Positions 30,167 through 38,642 of a stretch of DNA of 64,000 nt are shown in pieces. The position numbers were made by a program, and so were the translations under genes. A model generated the notes under the pieces. That model searched no databases, was not told the DNA's origin, and saw only the letters and a program-made list of their open reading frames with translations. The stretch covers positions 95,222-159,221 of the forward strand of contig JAFXOW010000003.1 in assembly GCA_017528315.1 (NCBI GenBank). Reading direction: 5' to 3'. Origin of the DNA: Bacilli bacterium. GTDB lineage: Bacteria; Bacillota_I; Bacilli_A; RF39; UBA660. Numbering within the stretch: position 1 is the stretch's first letter; every line of letters starts with the position of its first letter.

Positions 30167-30210
30167 ACTATAACAGATATATTTGTCGAATATTTGCACG
30201 TTTTGTCGAA
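30167..30210 (-). promoter_or_regulatory. comK-like promoter: two perfect Spo0A 0A boxes plus -10 TATAGT
   Basis: TGTCGAA at 30184-30190 and 30204-30210 (read TTCGACAAA in the gene direction, 20 bp start to start). The -10 TATAGT is at 30172-30167, 11 nt from the proximal box. There is no recognisable -35. Confidence 0.6.
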
Positions 30211-30249
30211 AAGAAAAAAAATAAGAAAATTTTTGATTTTTTTCTTATT
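30211..30249 (-). terminator. Intrinsic terminator of dnaN
   Basis: Minus strand AATAAGAAAA-N10-TTTTCTTATT followed by a T-run. Confidence 0.55.
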
Positions 30250-30272
30250 CATTTAGTTAAATTTTTCATTTT

Positions 30273-31394
30273 TTAATATGTTCTAATTGGAAGTATTAAT
30301 TGAATTAAATTATCCTTATCTTTTTCTTTAAATATAATCGGATTAACTTCACCAACAAATGATATTTCGCATTCTTCTTCAGAAAAAACTTTTAAAGCTT
30401 CCATTACATAACGAGCACTAAAGGAAATTGTAATATCTTCTTCTCTATCTTTTTGAATAGTCATTTTTTCTTCTACTCTTCCTATTTCTGCACTTGATGA
30501 TTTCATTGTTAAAATATTTCCATTTGTTTCTAATGTTACAACATTCTTTTCTTTATCACTTGTTAAAATACTAACACGATCTATTACATTATATAAATCA
30601 TTTACATTAACAGTAATTTTTAAAATACTATCTGTTGGAAGCAAATTAGTGGTATTAGGAAAATTTCCATTTATTAGTCGACTTTGAAATAAAACATTAT
30701 CATATTTAAATAGTATCTTATTATTAAAGATATGAAGTTCTATTTCCTGTTCATCATCCGTTAAAAGTTTAGCAATCTCGACAATATTTTTACTAGGTAT
30801 AACAATATTATAATCTGTATCACTCATAGTTTCTAATTTTAATACCTTACGAGCAAGTCTATAAGAATCTGTTGAATTACATTCTAAAATATCTCCTACT
30901 ATCTTAAAATTTAATCCAGTAAGTTCTGGTCTTGTTTCGTCTGTTGCTGCTGCAAAGGCTGTTTGATTAATTAAATCTTTAAATACTTTAGCATTTAACT
31001 TAATTGCAGTTTTACTTTCTTCTAATTTAATATTTGGATATTCTGATTTATTAATACCATTTAAATTATATTCACTGTTTTCTGTTGATATAATTACTTT
31101 AAGTTCATCAAATACTTCTAAATTAATCATTTTATCAGGAAGTTTACGAACTATATCTAATATATATCTTCCGGTTATAATTATACTCCCCTCTTCTTCA
31201 ATTGTCATATCATCTGTTGTTTTTATAAAAGTTCTGATGGTTATATCATTATCACTAGCTGTTAAAGTTAAACCTTCACTAGTTAAATCAAATTTTATTC
31301 CTGCTAAAGCTGGTACTAAATTTTTAGTAGAAATTGCTTTAGCTACTTTGTTTAAATTTTCTAATAATAAATCTTTTTTAATTTTTATTTTCAT
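30273..31394 (-). CDS. dnaN: DNA polymerase III beta sliding clamp
   Basis: 373 aa in a three-domain clamp pattern, ending in LILPIRTY. It sits directly downstream of dnaA. Confidence 0.95.
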   Translation of the reverse strand: MKIKIKKDLLLENLNKVAKAISTKNLVPALAGIKFDLTSEGLTLTASDNDITIRTFIKTTDDMTIEEEGSIIITGRYILDIVRKLPDKMINLEVFDELKVIISTENSEYNLNGINKSEYPNIKLEESKTAIKLNAKVFKDLINQTAFAAATDETRPELTGLNFKIVGDILECNSTDSYRLARKVLKLETMSDTDYNIVIPSKNIVEIAKLLTDDEQEIELHIFNNKILFKYDNVLFQSRLINGNFPNTTNLLPTDSILKITVNVNDLYNVIDRVSILTSDKEKNVVTLETNGNILTMKSSSAEIGRVEEKMTIQKDREEDITISFSARYVMEALKVFSEEECEISFVGEVNPIIFKEKDKDNLIQLILPIRTY

Positions 31395-31457
31395 AATTTT
31401 TTTCTCCTTTTAAAAATTTATTTTTTTCTTTCTATATTAATATAGTAATAATAATGG

Positions 31458-31657
31458 TGTGGAAAACGGTGGATAACTTATTGAAACTCTTTAATATCAA
31501 CTGTTTACAAAGACTTTTAATTGTGGATAACTATGTGGATAACTCATAGTTTTCCACAATAAGATGTTTATAACTATTTATATTTTTTAAATTTATTAAC
31601 AAAAATATGTTTAAAACTATAAATAATTTATTAGTTATCCACAATTATTGTGGATAA
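31458..31657. other. oriC part 2 (dnaA-dnaN spacer): 7 DnaA boxes flanking an AT-rich candidate unwinding element
   Basis: Boxes at 31458 (TGTGGAAAA), 31468 (GGTGGATAA), 31522 and 31534 (TGTGGATAA), 31550 (TTTTCCACA), 31635 (TTATCCACA) and 31649 (TGTGGATAA). The stretch 31560-31630 is almost pure A/T. Confidence 0.85.
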
Positions 31658-31681
31658 TTATATAATTTTTTTGTTAATGGT

Positions 31682-33052
31682 TTAAGAAAGATTATTTTTT
31701 ATTTTTTCAACAGTTTCCCTAATACTCTTGGTTGATTTAATATCACTTTCTATTTTTTCACATGAATGCATTACTGTTGAATGATCCCTTCCTCCAAATT
31801 CTAGTCCGATTCTTTGATAAGATTCATTTAATACATCCCGGGATAAGAACATAGCAATTTGTCTTGGAAAAGCTACACTTGAACTTCTCTTTTTTCCTTT
31901 TAAATCATCAACGGATATCTGGAAAAAGTCTGCAACAACTTTTTGAACTTTTGATATATTGGTTTTTTCACTAGTTCCTTTATTAATAAATTCCCTTAAA
32001 GCATCAACAGCTAAAGATAAATTTATTTCTGCTCCTCCCATAATGGTTGAATATGCAAGAAGTCGATTAATTGCCCCTTCTAATTGTCTAACGTCACTTG
32101 TCATATTGGAAGCAATATATTCTAAAACATCATCAGGAATATCTTTAACTATCTTATTTCCCTCAATTTTTTTCTTTAATATATTAATTCTAAGTTCCAA
32201 ATCAGGTGGATAAATATCAACAGTTAATCCCCAACAAAACCTCGTTCTAAGTCTATCTTCTAATAACTTTAAATCATTTGGTGATCTATCAGATGAAATT
32301 ATTATTTGTTTTTTATCTTGGTGAAGCGAATTAAAAGTATGGAAAAATTCTTGTTGAGTTTGGGTAGCTCCTGCTAAAAATTGTATATCATCAATGATTA
32401 AAACATCTATATTTCTATATTTATCTTTAAAATATTCAACATAATTATATTCTGAATTTTCTTTAATAGAGTCTTTTCTCGCAATACCGGAAAAATCCGA
32501 AATAAATTGCTCACTAGTAACGTATAAAACACGTTTATTGCTATTTTGTTGAATGTAATTTCCAATTGATTGCATTAAGTGAGTTTTACCAAGTCCACTA
32601 TTACCATATATAAATAAGGGATTATAAGTTAGACCTGGTGATTCAGCAACTGCTAAAGCCGCCGCATGTGCAAGTTTATTACTATTTCCCACAATAAAAG
32701 TATCAAAAGTATATTTAGGATTTAAATTAGATTCATGTTTAAATTTATGCTCTGAAACATTAATTGAATTATCTATAACATTAACTGTTTCTTGATTATT
32801 TTTTATTTCTTGTTCTAGAATAAACTCTAATTCATAAATATTACCTGTTATTTTGGTTAAAATACTGGTTATTAAATCGTGATAAATGGTACTTAATCTA
32901 TTTTTATGAATATCTAAAGGTACCACAATAGTTGCCTTATTATTATTAATAGATAAAAGGTAAGTTTTACTAAACCATGTTGAATAAACCATTGAATTTA
33001 CACTACTTTTAACGTTCTCTAAGAACTTGTTCCAAAGTAGTTCATTGCTCAT
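31682..33052 (-). CDS. dnaA: Chromosomal replication initiator DnaA
   Basis: Walker A GNSGLGKTHL, Walker B IIDDIQF and domain IV RDHSTVMH. RBS GGAGGTGG. Confidence 0.97.
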   Translation of the reverse strand: MSNELLWNKFLENVKSSVNSMVYSTWFSKTYLLSINNNKATIVVPLDIHKNRLSTIYHDLITSILTKITGNIYELEFILEQEIKNNQETVNVIDNSINVSEHKFKHESNLNPKYTFDTFIVGNSNKLAHAAALAVAESPGLTYNPLFIYGNSGLGKTHLMQSIGNYIQQNSNKRVLYVTSEQFISDFSGIARKDSIKENSEYNYVEYFKDKYRNIDVLIIDDIQFLAGATQTQQEFFHTFNSLHQDKKQIIISSDRSPNDLKLLEDRLRTRFCWGLTVDIYPPDLELRINILKKKIEGNKIVKDIPDDVLEYIASNMTSDVRQLEGAINRLLAYSTIMGGAEINLSLAVDALREFINKGTSEKTNISKVQKVVADFFQISVDDLKGKKRSSSVAFPRQIAMFLSRDVLNESYQRIGLEFGGRDHSTVMHSCEKIESDIKSTKSIRETVEKIKNNLS

Positions 33053-33127
33053 CTTCCACCTCCTATCCGTTTTGTACTTCTATTCTACCTTTTCAAAAAA
33101 AAAAATTCAATAAGTTTACATTCAAAT

Positions 33128-33416
33128 GTTTTCCACAATAATATGTGGATAAGTAATAGATTATGGTGGATAACTATGTGGATAAGTTTTTTATAAAAAT
33201 AGTTTTCCACAAGTTATCCACATAGTTTTCCACATATAAAACTCTTTATTATCAACAAGACTTTGAGTTTTCCACAATTATCCACAATTTACTTTTCCAC
33301 ATGTGGATATAGTTTTCCACACTTATGTGGATAACTATCAAAAATTTATCTAAAGTGATACTAATTTTTATTAAATTAATGTAAATTATAAATATTTAAT
33401 ATTAATATTGTGGAAA
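33128..33416. other. oriC part 1 (upstream of dnaA): cluster of 14 DnaA boxes
   Basis: 9-mers TTATCCACA or TTTTCCACA, or their complements, start at 33128, 33143, 33164, 33176, 33202, 33213, 33225, 33267, 33277, 33292, 33301, 33312, 33325 and 33408. Two deviate: 33164 is GGTGGATAA and 33301 is TGTGGATAT. Confidence 0.9.
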
Positions 33417-33486
33417 ACTCAAAGTAATTTTACAAAAACAATAAAATATGGTAGAATTTGTTTGAAAAAGGAGAATTAGAAGTATT

Positions 33487-34530
33487 ATGAAAAATTTAAA
33501 TGCTGAGGCTTTTTCAAACACTAACAAAAGAAATAAAATATTATTAATATGTGGATTAATTTTATTAGTATTAACTATTTTACTTATATATTTAGGAATA
33601 GAGAATGAGAAAAAACCAATGCCGGAACTTACAAGTTTAAATAATTTTATAAGTGAGGGAAATAATAAAGAAAATGTATATACTTATGCTGATATTAATG
33701 TTAAACCTTATTTATTTGCTGTTTATGAAACAGATGGAGTTGAAGAAGAAGCTAAATATTATTTAGGAATGGATAAAGAAAATCATTTATATATTTTATA
33801 TATGAAAGAAGATAAATATAATGAATTGAATGTCGATACAATTGAAGATACTCCAATTAGAGTAACTGGACTTACTAAGTTAATATCTGAAGATATAAAA
33901 GAAATAGCTATTGAATCATACAATGAACTAATGGAAGATGAATATTTAACTAAAGATAATTTTATAGATTATGTTGGATCAGTTTATTTAGATATGAACT
34001 CACCTATTAATGATTCATCACTTTATTACCTAGGAGCATTTTTATTAGGATTCTTTGGTTTATTAATTATAACAATTTATATAGTTATAATAATAAAAAA
34101 TAAAAGAACCTTTAAAAACATTAAGGAAATAGAACTAGCTAATATTGATGCTGAATTATCAGGTATGGAATCAAGTGAATATGCCAATATGAAATTTTAC
34201 TTATTAAAAGACTATGTTGTTGATATGGGAAATAATGTTATTATATTAAGATATAATGATATATTATGGGCTTATCCATATGAACAAAGATATAATGGAC
34301 TACTTATAAATAAATGTATAAAATTAACTGATATAAACAATAAGAAGTATGATGTTGCAAGTACAAAATTACTTAATAAAAAGAAAGATGAAGTTTTACA
34401 AGAAATACTTCAAAAATTAAAAGAAAAAAATAAAGATATAATTATAGGATTTAATAAAGAAAATAAAAAGCAAGTTAAAGAAAAAATAAAGGAAAATAAA
34501 AGAGAAAAAAATAAAATAGAGAAAAAATAA
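33487..34530 (+). CDS. Hypothetical two-TM membrane protein with a Lys-rich C-terminal tail
   Basis: Promoter TTTACA-17-TAGAAT and RBS AAAGGAG. TM segments at about residues 17-37 and 180-203. No recognised motif. Confidence 0.6.
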   Translation: MKNLNAEAFSNTNKRNKILLICGLILLVLTILLIYLGIENEKKPMPELTSLNNFISEGNNKENVYTYADINVKPYLFAVYETDGVEEEAKYYLGMDKENHLYILYMKEDKYNELNVDTIEDTPIRVTGLTKLISEDIKEIAIESYNELMEDEYLTKDNFIDYVGSVYLDMNSPINDSSLYYLGAFLLGFFGLLIITIYIVIIIKNKRTFKNIKEIELANIDAELSGMESSEYANMKFYLLKDYVVDMGNNVIILRYNDILWAYPYEQRYNGLLINKCIKLTDINNKKYDVASTKLLNKKKDEVLQEILQKLKEKNKDIIIGFNKENKKQVKEKIKENKREKNKIEKK

Positions 34531-34608
34531 TAAACTTTTTCAAATTTTATTTGACAATTAAGGTTAGTTACTATTATAATAGTGTAGATTTCAATTTGGA
34601 GGTGTGAA

Positions 34609-34734
34609 ATGAAAAGAACTTATCAACCAAATAAAAGAAGAAGAGCAAAAAAACACGGATTCTTTGCAAGAATGAAAACTAAAGTTGTAAATTCAAGAAG
34701 AAGAAAAGGTCGTAAGGAAATTATAAAAAAATAA
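34609..34734 (+). CDS. rpmH: 50S ribosomal protein L34 (41 aa; below the ORF-track length cut-off)
   Basis: The translation [41 protein letters not shown] carries the L34 signature MKRT[FY]QP...HGF..RM...RRR.KGRK. RBS GGAGGTG, promoter TTGACA...TATAAT. Confidence 0.9.
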   Translation: MKRTYQPNKRRRAKKHGFFARMKTKVVNSRRRKGRKEIIKK

Positions 34735-34735
34735 G

Positions 34736-34760
34736 CCACATTTTTGTTGTGGTTTTTTTT
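34736..34760 (+). terminator. Weak hairpin/attenuator between rpmH and rnpA
   Basis: CCACA-TTTTTGT-TGTGG followed by T8. Confidence 0.5.
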
Positions 34761-34778
34761 GGAGAATAGTATAAGGAG

Positions 34779-35117
34779 ATGGTTCTCTTGAAAAAAATAA
34801 ATATTGTAAAAAACAATGAAGAATTTAATTTGATAATGAATAAAGGAAAAATTCTTAAAAATAAATATTTTGTTTTATACTTTATGAATAATAATCTAGA
34901 TAAATACCGATTTGGAATATCAGTAGGAAAAAAAGTTTGCAATGCAGTTAATAGAAATAAACTTAAAAGGCAAGTAAGAAATATTTTAGATTATCATAAA
35001 AATCTCTATTCAAAATCAAAAGATTATATTATAATAGTAAGGAAAAGTTCATTAAATGAGAAATACTCTATTTTAGAAGAGAACTTAGTAAATTTATTAG
35101 AGAAAGCGGAGGAATAA
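34779..35117 (+). CDS. rnpA: Ribonuclease P protein component (true start more likely TTG at 34788, 9 nt after AAGGAG)
   Basis: KNNEEFNLIMNKGK...RFGISVGKKVCNAVNRNKLKRQVRNIL matches the RnpA RNR motif region. rpmH-rnpA-yidC synteny is kept. Confidence 0.9.
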   Translation: MVLLKKINIVKNNEEFNLIMNKGKILKNKYFVLYFMNNNLDKYRFGISVGKKVCNAVNRNKLKRQVRNILDYHKNLYSKSKDYIIIVRKSSLNEKYSILEENLVNLLEKAEE

Positions 35118-36137
35118 ATGAAAGACAAGAAGAAGTTAATTTTAATATTTTTAGTTGTAATATTTCTTACAGGTTGTACTAGAACACTTAAAGATAAAGA
35201 TGACAAAGTAGTTATTAATGAAGTAACTGGTCAGAATTTGACTGAAAATATTTTATGTAGACCAACCGATGAAGAGACAATTAAATTATATAAAGAAAAT
35301 GATGTAGATATCAATTCTTTACCTTACTGTGTTTGTAAAACAGATAAAGTAGAAAAAGAAGAAATAGTTAAGAATGAAGAAACAGGCGAAGAAGAAAAGA
35401 AGATAGTTGAAGTAGAATGTGAAAGTTTTAGTATTACTAAAGGAGTTTATGATGGACTTTGGACTAGTATATTCGTAAAACCACTTGCCTATGTAATCTT
35501 ATATTTTGGTCGTATTACTAATAATTATGGTATTGGATTAATTATAACAAGTTTAATTATTAGACTTATTGCTTATCCTGTTACTCGTAAAACAGCTATG
35601 CAATCTGAGTATATGAAAAAAGCTCAACCAGAAATGGAAAAAATTGAAAAAAAATATGCCAATAAAGATCAAAATGATAAAGAAGTCATGATGCAGAAAT
35701 CTCAAGAAATGATGATGGTTTATAAGAAATATAATGTTAGTCCAGTTGGGGGATGTTTATTAAGTTTCTTACAATTGCCTCTCTTTATAGCATTTCTAGA
35801 AGCAATCAATCGTGTACCAGCAATATTTGAAGAGAAATTTTTAACTCTTCACTTAGGAACAACTCCAAGTATTGGAGTTACCAATGGTAATTATTTATAC
35901 ATTTTAATTGTTTTATTAGTAGCAGCAACCACATTCTTCTCATTTAGAGCTACGATGAAGGATCAAGCAACACCATCAAGTGATATGCAGAAACAATCAA
36001 AGATGATGATGAATATGTTTACAATAATGATAATTGTTATGTCGATATTCATGACAACAGCATTAGATATTTATTGGATAACAACTAACTTATTTACAAT
36101 AGTACAAAATATAATTGTTAGAAGAAAGGTAAATTAA
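35118..36137 (+). CDS. yidC: Membrane protein insertase YidC/SpoIIIJ (lipoprotein type)
   Basis: Lipobox FLTGC, five-TM Oxa1 core and a basic C-terminus. It carries an unusual Cys/Glu-rich segment of about 70 aa after the lipobox. Confidence 0.9.
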   Translation: MKDKKKLILIFLVVIFLTGCTRTLKDKDDKVVINEVTGQNLTENILCRPTDEETIKLYKENDVDINSLPYCVCKTDKVEKEEIVKNEETGEEEKKIVEVECESFSITKGVYDGLWTSIFVKPLAYVILYFGRITNNYGIGLIITSLIIRLIAYPVTRKTAMQSEYMKKAQPEMEKIEKKYANKDQNDKEVMMQKSQEMMMVYKKYNVSPVGGCLLSFLQLPLFIAFLEAINRVPAIFEEKFLTLHLGTTPSIGVTNGNYLYILIVLLVAATTFFSFRATMKDQATPSSDMQKQSKMMMNMFTIMIIVMSIFMTTALDIYWITTNLFTIVQNIIVRRKVN

Positions 36138-36139
36138 TT

Positions 36140-36769
36140 ATGAAGAAGTATACATATCAGGCAAAAACATTTGAAGAAGCAAAAAATCAAGCATTAGTAG
36201 ATTTAATGGAACAAGAAGCAAATTTATATATTAATGAAATAGAAAGTTCTACTAAATTATTTAATAAAAAATCAGTAATAGAAGTAATTAAGAAAGATGA
36301 TGTTGTAGAACATATCAAAGAATTAATTAAAGATATTACAAATGCAATGGGAATATCTATTAATATGGAAGTAAAAAAAAGAGAAGACTCTTTAAATATT
36401 ACAATCTTTGCTGATAATAATGCAGTTCTTATTGGAAAAGATGCAAGAACATTAAATGCTTTAACAAATATAATTAAACAAAGCGTTTATAAAGAAATAG
36501 GAGAAAATTATAAATTTGTTTTAGATGTTTCTGATTATAAGCAAAAAAGAGCATGGAATCTTGAAAAAATGGCTAAACAAATAGCAAGAGAGGTAGCTAA
36601 AACTGGAGTTGAAGCAAAACTTGAACCAATGAATTCTTATGAAAGAAGAATAATTCATGAAACTCTTAGTCATAATAAAAAAGTTTATACAGAATCAGAG
36701 GGTGTTGAACCAAATAGATTTGTTGTAATAAAATTAAAAGAACAACAAGAAGAGAACAAAAGTGAATAA
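36140..36769 (+). CDS. jag: RNA-binding protein Jag/KhpB (Jag_N, KH, R3H)
   Basis: R3H motif SYERRIIHETL and a KH-like central region. It lies downstream of yidC. Confidence 0.9.
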   Translation: MKKYTYQAKTFEEAKNQALVDLMEQEANLYINEIESSTKLFNKKSVIEVIKKDDVVEHIKELIKDITNAMGISINMEVKKREDSLNITIFADNNAVLIGKDARTLNALTNIIKQSVYKEIGENYKFVLDVSDYKQKRAWNLEKMAKQIAREVAKTGVEAKLEPMNSYERRIIHETLSHNKKVYTESEGVEPNRFVVIKLKEQQEENKSE

Positions 36770-36798
36770 CTATATCAGTTAGATATAGTTTTTTTTTT
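36770..36798 (+). terminator. Intrinsic terminator of the rnpA-yidC-jag unit
   Basis: CTATATC-AGTTA-GATATAG followed by T10. Confidence 0.7.
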
Positions 36799-36863
36799 AA
36801 TAAGATAAATACTTGTTGAAAATATTATTATGGTGTATAATAAAGATGAAAGGTAGAAAAAAG

Positions 36864-37613
36864 ATGGAAGAAAAAAAGAATAATAAGGTTTTAATAGTAG
36901 GATTAATACTTATATTAGTTTTATGTTTAGTATATACACTTTTCTTTATGTATAAGATGGTATCCAGTTCAGATAATAATTCTAATGAAACCAGTAATAC
37001 AAAAATTAATAATAACGAAGAAACGGAACAAACAGGACAATTTACTGAATTAACAAAATATGAACTTGAAGAAGGAGAAGAAGAAGAAATAACAATAGAA
37101 GGTAAAAAAGTGATATTTAAATATCAGGATAAAAAAATGTACATAAATGGTAAAGAAGTAGGAAATCAATCAACGTTTATTATTACAAATAAATTAATAA
37201 TTTTTTCTGTAACAAATCAATTTTCAACAGATTATGACTTTTATGACTTGAATGCAAACAAAATAGAAGAGGAAAATTTTTCTGATTATAGATTAGATTT
37301 TGAAGGTTTATATTTAAAAGAAGGAAAATTATTAACGAAAGCACGTAATAATCCAACTGAATGGGAAGAAGGTCAAGTAATTGCTAACTTAATTACAGAA
37401 CCATGTGATATCGCACAGGAAAATTCTAAAAAATTAAGCGAATATGAAAATGTTGTTAAAGAACATGAGAACGATATTATTCAAGGAATATATGAAATAA
37501 AATATGAAAATAATAAAATGATATTAGAACTTTATGAAAGAATACAAACAGTAAAAGAATATTTAGAAGGATTGGATTTAAATAGTATTTGTGCAATAGA
37601 AAAAAATAGTTAA
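36864..37613 (+). CDS. Hypothetical N-terminally anchored extracytoplasmic protein (the ORF track starts at 36813, but a TATAAT -10 at 36836-36841 argues for the ATG at 36864)
   Basis: MEEKKNNKVLIVGLILILVLCLVYTLFF signal anchor. I recognise no domain. Confidence 0.55.
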   Translation: MEEKKNNKVLIVGLILILVLCLVYTLFFMYKMVSSSDNNSNETSNTKINNNEETEQTGQFTELTKYELEEGEEEEITIEGKKVIFKYQDKKMYINGKEVGNQSTFIITNKLIIFSVTNQFSTDYDFYDLNANKIEEENFSDYRLDFEGLYLKEGKLLTKARNNPTEWEEGQVIANLITEPCDIAQENSKKLSEYENVVKEHENDIIQGIYEIKYENNKMILELYERIQTVKEYLEGLDLNSICAIEKNS

Positions 37614-37673
37614 TTTAACAAAATAATTAGTCTTAGCTGATTAATTATTTTTCTTTTTAATTTATTGTCAAAA

Positions 37674-37707
37674 TTCGACAAAGTTCGACAAATAAGTTCT
37701 ATATAAT
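37674..37707 (+). promoter_or_regulatory. Promoter of the nucleotidyltransferase cassette: two perfect Spo0A 0A boxes plus -10 TATAAT
   Basis: TTCGACA at 37674-37680 and 37684-37690 (complement of TGTCGAA, 10 bp start to start). TATAAT is at 37702-37707, 11 nt after the proximal box. There is no -35 at 17-bp spacing. Confidence 0.6.
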
Positions 37708-37725
37708 GCAACATGGAGGCACAAA

Positions 37726-38637
37726 ATGACAAATGAATTAAAAAAATTAACTAAAAAAATTGATAAAGAATTTATTGAATATTTTCTATCAGATGTGGAG
37801 GTAGAAACAATCTTTGTAGCAGGGTCTATGGCTTATGATGACTATCAAGATAGAGAGGATAATGATTATGATATTCGGGTAATAGCAAAAGAAGTTAATC
37901 GAGATAAAATTATTAATTTTGAAAAATTTCTAGAAGAGTTATCTCGTAAACTATCTACCCCAAGTATAGAAGTAGGCTATTCCTGTTTAGTAGGACCGGT
38001 AAATCATAAAGTATCAAGTGATAAAAAGAATATTTTAATACATGCAATGATACATAGAAGTGATCAAATGGATGGTTTTTTACCGGTTACTCATAAATAT
38101 CAATATGGAAGTAGATATAGAATAGTATATGGAAAAGATTCTTTAGAAAGATTTCAAAATATAAGGTATAATATAGATGAACTAGTAAATGCTCATGAAG
38201 GGCTTTATTATTGTATTGATATGTTAAAGCATAAAGAATACCGTTATTTAACATGGGATACAGATAATAATAAATGTGAATTTAATTATCATTTTGTGGA
38301 GATGACAGAGGATATAGTGTTGGAAATTTGTTTTTATTCTGTTAATAAATTTGTAGATAACTTAATAAATTATTGTAAATGGGAAAACTATGAAATAACA
38401 GAAAACAAAGTAATATTTTGTATAAGATTACTTGGACAAGAAAATGTTAATGAAAGCATTTTATTTTTACTTCAAGGATTATTAACCAAAAGTGAATCAT
38501 TACTAAAAGCTATATTTCATGATCCTCTACAAGAAACTATCAACTTACTTGAAAAATTTGTCCAAAAAGTTTATTTAATAGATAATATTTTTCCTAAAAA
38601 AGAACTAGAAAAAGTTAAAAAATTAGCAAGGAGTTAA
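37726..38637 (+). CDS. Putative Pol-beta-superfamily nucleotidyltransferase with a helical C-terminal domain
   Basis: N-terminal IFVAGSMAYDDYQDREDNDYDIRVI fits the G-S...[DE]x[DE] NTase pattern. RBS GGAGG. Confidence 0.45.
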   Translation: MTNELKKLTKKIDKEFIEYFLSDVEVETIFVAGSMAYDDYQDREDNDYDIRVIAKEVNRDKIINFEKFLEELSRKLSTPSIEVGYSCLVGPVNHKVSSDKKNILIHAMIHRSDQMDGFLPVTHKYQYGSRYRIVYGKDSLERFQNIRYNIDELVNAHEGLYYCIDMLKHKEYRYLTWDTDNNKCEFNYHFVEMTEDIVLEICFYSVNKFVDNLINYCKWENYEITENKVIFCIRLLGQENVNESILFLLQGLLTKSESLLKAIFHDPLQETINLLEKFVQKVYLIDNIFPKKELEKVKKLARS

Positions 38638-38642
38638 AAAAT

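Noticed and set aside
31835-31844. The palindrome ATCCCGGGAT inside dnaA, resembling the core of the B. subtilis Noc-binding site ATTTCCCGGGAAAT.
   Set aside because: It matches only 10 of 14 positions. It is a single occurrence in a coding sequence (LSRDV codons), so it cannot be distinguished from chance without genome-wide counts or ChIP.
34721-35206. Minus-strand ORFs at 34721-34942 and 35024-35206. Similar ones lie at 40605-40838, 41464-41676, 44487-44669, 46073-46300, 50990-51199, 52160-52393, 52661-52852, 57333-57575, 59440-59667 and 60277-60483.
   Set aside because: They are antisense to rnpA, yidC, mnmE, noc, ychF and other real plus-strand genes, and are composition-driven open frames.
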